Under the pieces are notes generated by a model that saw nothing but the letters and a program-made list of their open reading frames with translations, did not search any database and was not told the origin of the DNA. From assembly GCA_032128375.1 (NCBI GenBank), contig JAQBGU010000103.1:1-57927 (forward strand): a stretch of DNA of 57,927 nucleotides. Direction: 5' to 3'. This stretch comes from Deltaproteobacteria bacterium (GTDB lineage Bacteria > Myxococcota_A > UBA9160 > SMWR01). This document shows positions 56,775 through 57,927 of the stretch, one piece after another. The position numbers were made by a program, and so were the translations under genes. Each line of letters starts with the position of its first letter. Positions within the stretch are counted from its first letter, which is position 1.

Positions 56775-57602
56775 TTGGCACACTCCGGCCTGGACCTGCC
56801 GCCTGCCGGAGTTTTCGTGCCCTCACTCGACGCGCGATCGCCCATCCCTCTGTACCACCAGCTCGCCGATTGGCTGCTGGCTGGGATGCGGGCGGGTGAG
56901 TTCCTGGTCGGCGATCGGATCCCGTCCGAGCCCGAACTCGCGCGGACGTTTGGGATCGGGCGGCCCACGGTACGCCAAGCTACCGAACTGTTGATCCGCG
57001 GGCGTCGGCTCGTGCGGCGTAGAGGGTCGGGGACCTTCGTCGTCGAGCCACCCGAACAAGTGGATCTGTTTTCTCTCGCCGGCACGCTGGCCTCGTTCAA
57101 ACGCGGCGGGGTAGACGTTCGAACGCGCTTGCTCAAGCGGCCGCGAATCGTCCGCGTCGGCGCCGATTCGGAAAATCCATTCACCCACCGCGATGCGTAC
57201 CAGCTGGTCCGGCTGTCGCGGCTACGGCGTGACCCGATCTTGCTGGATCCCGGTTGGGATCCGGTCTTGCTGGAGGAAATTTACCTGGATCCGGAATATT
57301 TCGCGGGACTGGAGACGGTGGCGCTAGCGGGGCGTTCGCTGTCGCAACTCATCGCTGAACAGTTTCGTCTGCGGCCGGAATCAGCGAACCAGAATTTTCG
57401 GATTCACAGGCCCGATCCAGAGCGCGCGAAACGTCTGGGGCTCGGCCCCGACGACGTAGCGTTGCTCGTCAAACGCTTCCTCCACTTCCCGGGCGCGCCC
57501 AACGCGATCTACGCAGAACTCTACTGCCGGACGGACCAGCTCGTGTTCTCACAGACCCTCAGCGGGTCCGAAACAGTCGGCACCGGTGCAAACGGGGACT
57601 AG
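56775..57602 (+). CDS. GntR family regulator, HutC/UTRA subfamily (start may be GTG 56817)
   Basis: PLYHQL, IPSEPELARTFGIGRPTVRQA, RGSGTFV and a UTRA-like C-terminus. Confidence 0.9.
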   Translation: MAHSGLDLPPAGVFVPSLDARSPIPLYHQLADWLLAGMRAGEFLVGDRIPSEPELARTFGIGRPTVRQATELLIRGRRLVRRRGSGTFVVEPPEQVDLFSLAGTLASFKRGGVDVRTRLLKRPRIVRVGADSENPFTHRDAYQLVRLSRLRRDPILLDPGWDPVLLEEIYLDPEYFAGLETVALAGRSLSQLIAEQFRLRPESANQNFRIHRPDPERAKRLGLGPDDVALLVKRFLHFPGAPNAIYAELYCRTDQLVFSQTLSGSETVGTGANGD

Positions 57603-57628
57603 AGCGGTGCCCTCGAACGGAGACAGGC

Positions 57629-57927
57629 ATGATCGATACACGCGGCTATTACGGCGAGTTCGGCGGGGCGTTCATTCCCGAAATTCTTGTTGCGACGTTC
57701 GATGAACTGAGAGCCACTTTCGCCGAAGCCAAGGCTGACAAGAGCTTCTGGCCGAGTTACGAGGCACTCATGGCGAGCTATTCGTCACGGCCGACGCCGC
57801 TGACCTACTGCGAACGGCTGACTCAGCACTTTGGTGGTGCTCGGATCTACGTCAAACGTGAGGACCTCAATCACACCGGCGCTCACAAAGCCAACAACGT
57901 GATGGGGCAGGGCCTGCTCGTCAAGAG
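57629..57927 (+). CDS. trpB: Tryptophan synthase beta subunit, 5' part (runs off the window)
   Basis: Not in the ORF track. Hand translation: MIDTRGYYGEFGGAFIPEIL...RPTPL...IYVKREDLNHTGAHKANN (PLP Lys motif). Confidence 0.93.
   Translation, partial: MIDTRGYYGEFGGAFIPEILVATFDELRATFAEAKADKSFWPSYEALMASYSSRPTPLTYCERLTQHFGGARIYVKREDLNHTGAHKANNVMGQGLLVK

Overview
GC-rich bacterial chromosomal segment with about 50 genes. No rRNA, tRNA, CRISPR array, prophage or intact IS was seen. MlaC, lipoproteins and a c-type heme protein suggest a diderm host, yet the catabolic repertoire looks actinobacterial: 2 P450s, 2 LLM/F420-type enzymes, DUF3556, a BVMO, VOC proteins, amidohydrolases, CaiB CoA-transferases and a carotenoid-type oxygenase. 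A Myxococcota/deltaproteobacteria-like lineage is an inference only. Highlights: (1) a three-gene minus-strand operon (14723->7968) encoding an FhaA-like FHA protein, a large class-B-like PBP with intact SxxK/SxN/KTG motifs and an 812-aa SEDS protein carrying its own N-terminal FHA-like domain, with a 10-bp x6 repeat upstream and no kinase nearby. This is the best candidate for an undescribed system. (2) A complete Thr-rich leader-peptide attenuator, probably leaderless, between two tandem asd genes of different families. (3) Three genes that keep both ends but have lost their middles, plus two CaiB genes fused by one extra base. (4) A stand-alone trpB behind a HutC-type GntR regulator with a palindromic operator. 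All family calls come from motif recognition by eye, not from database searches.
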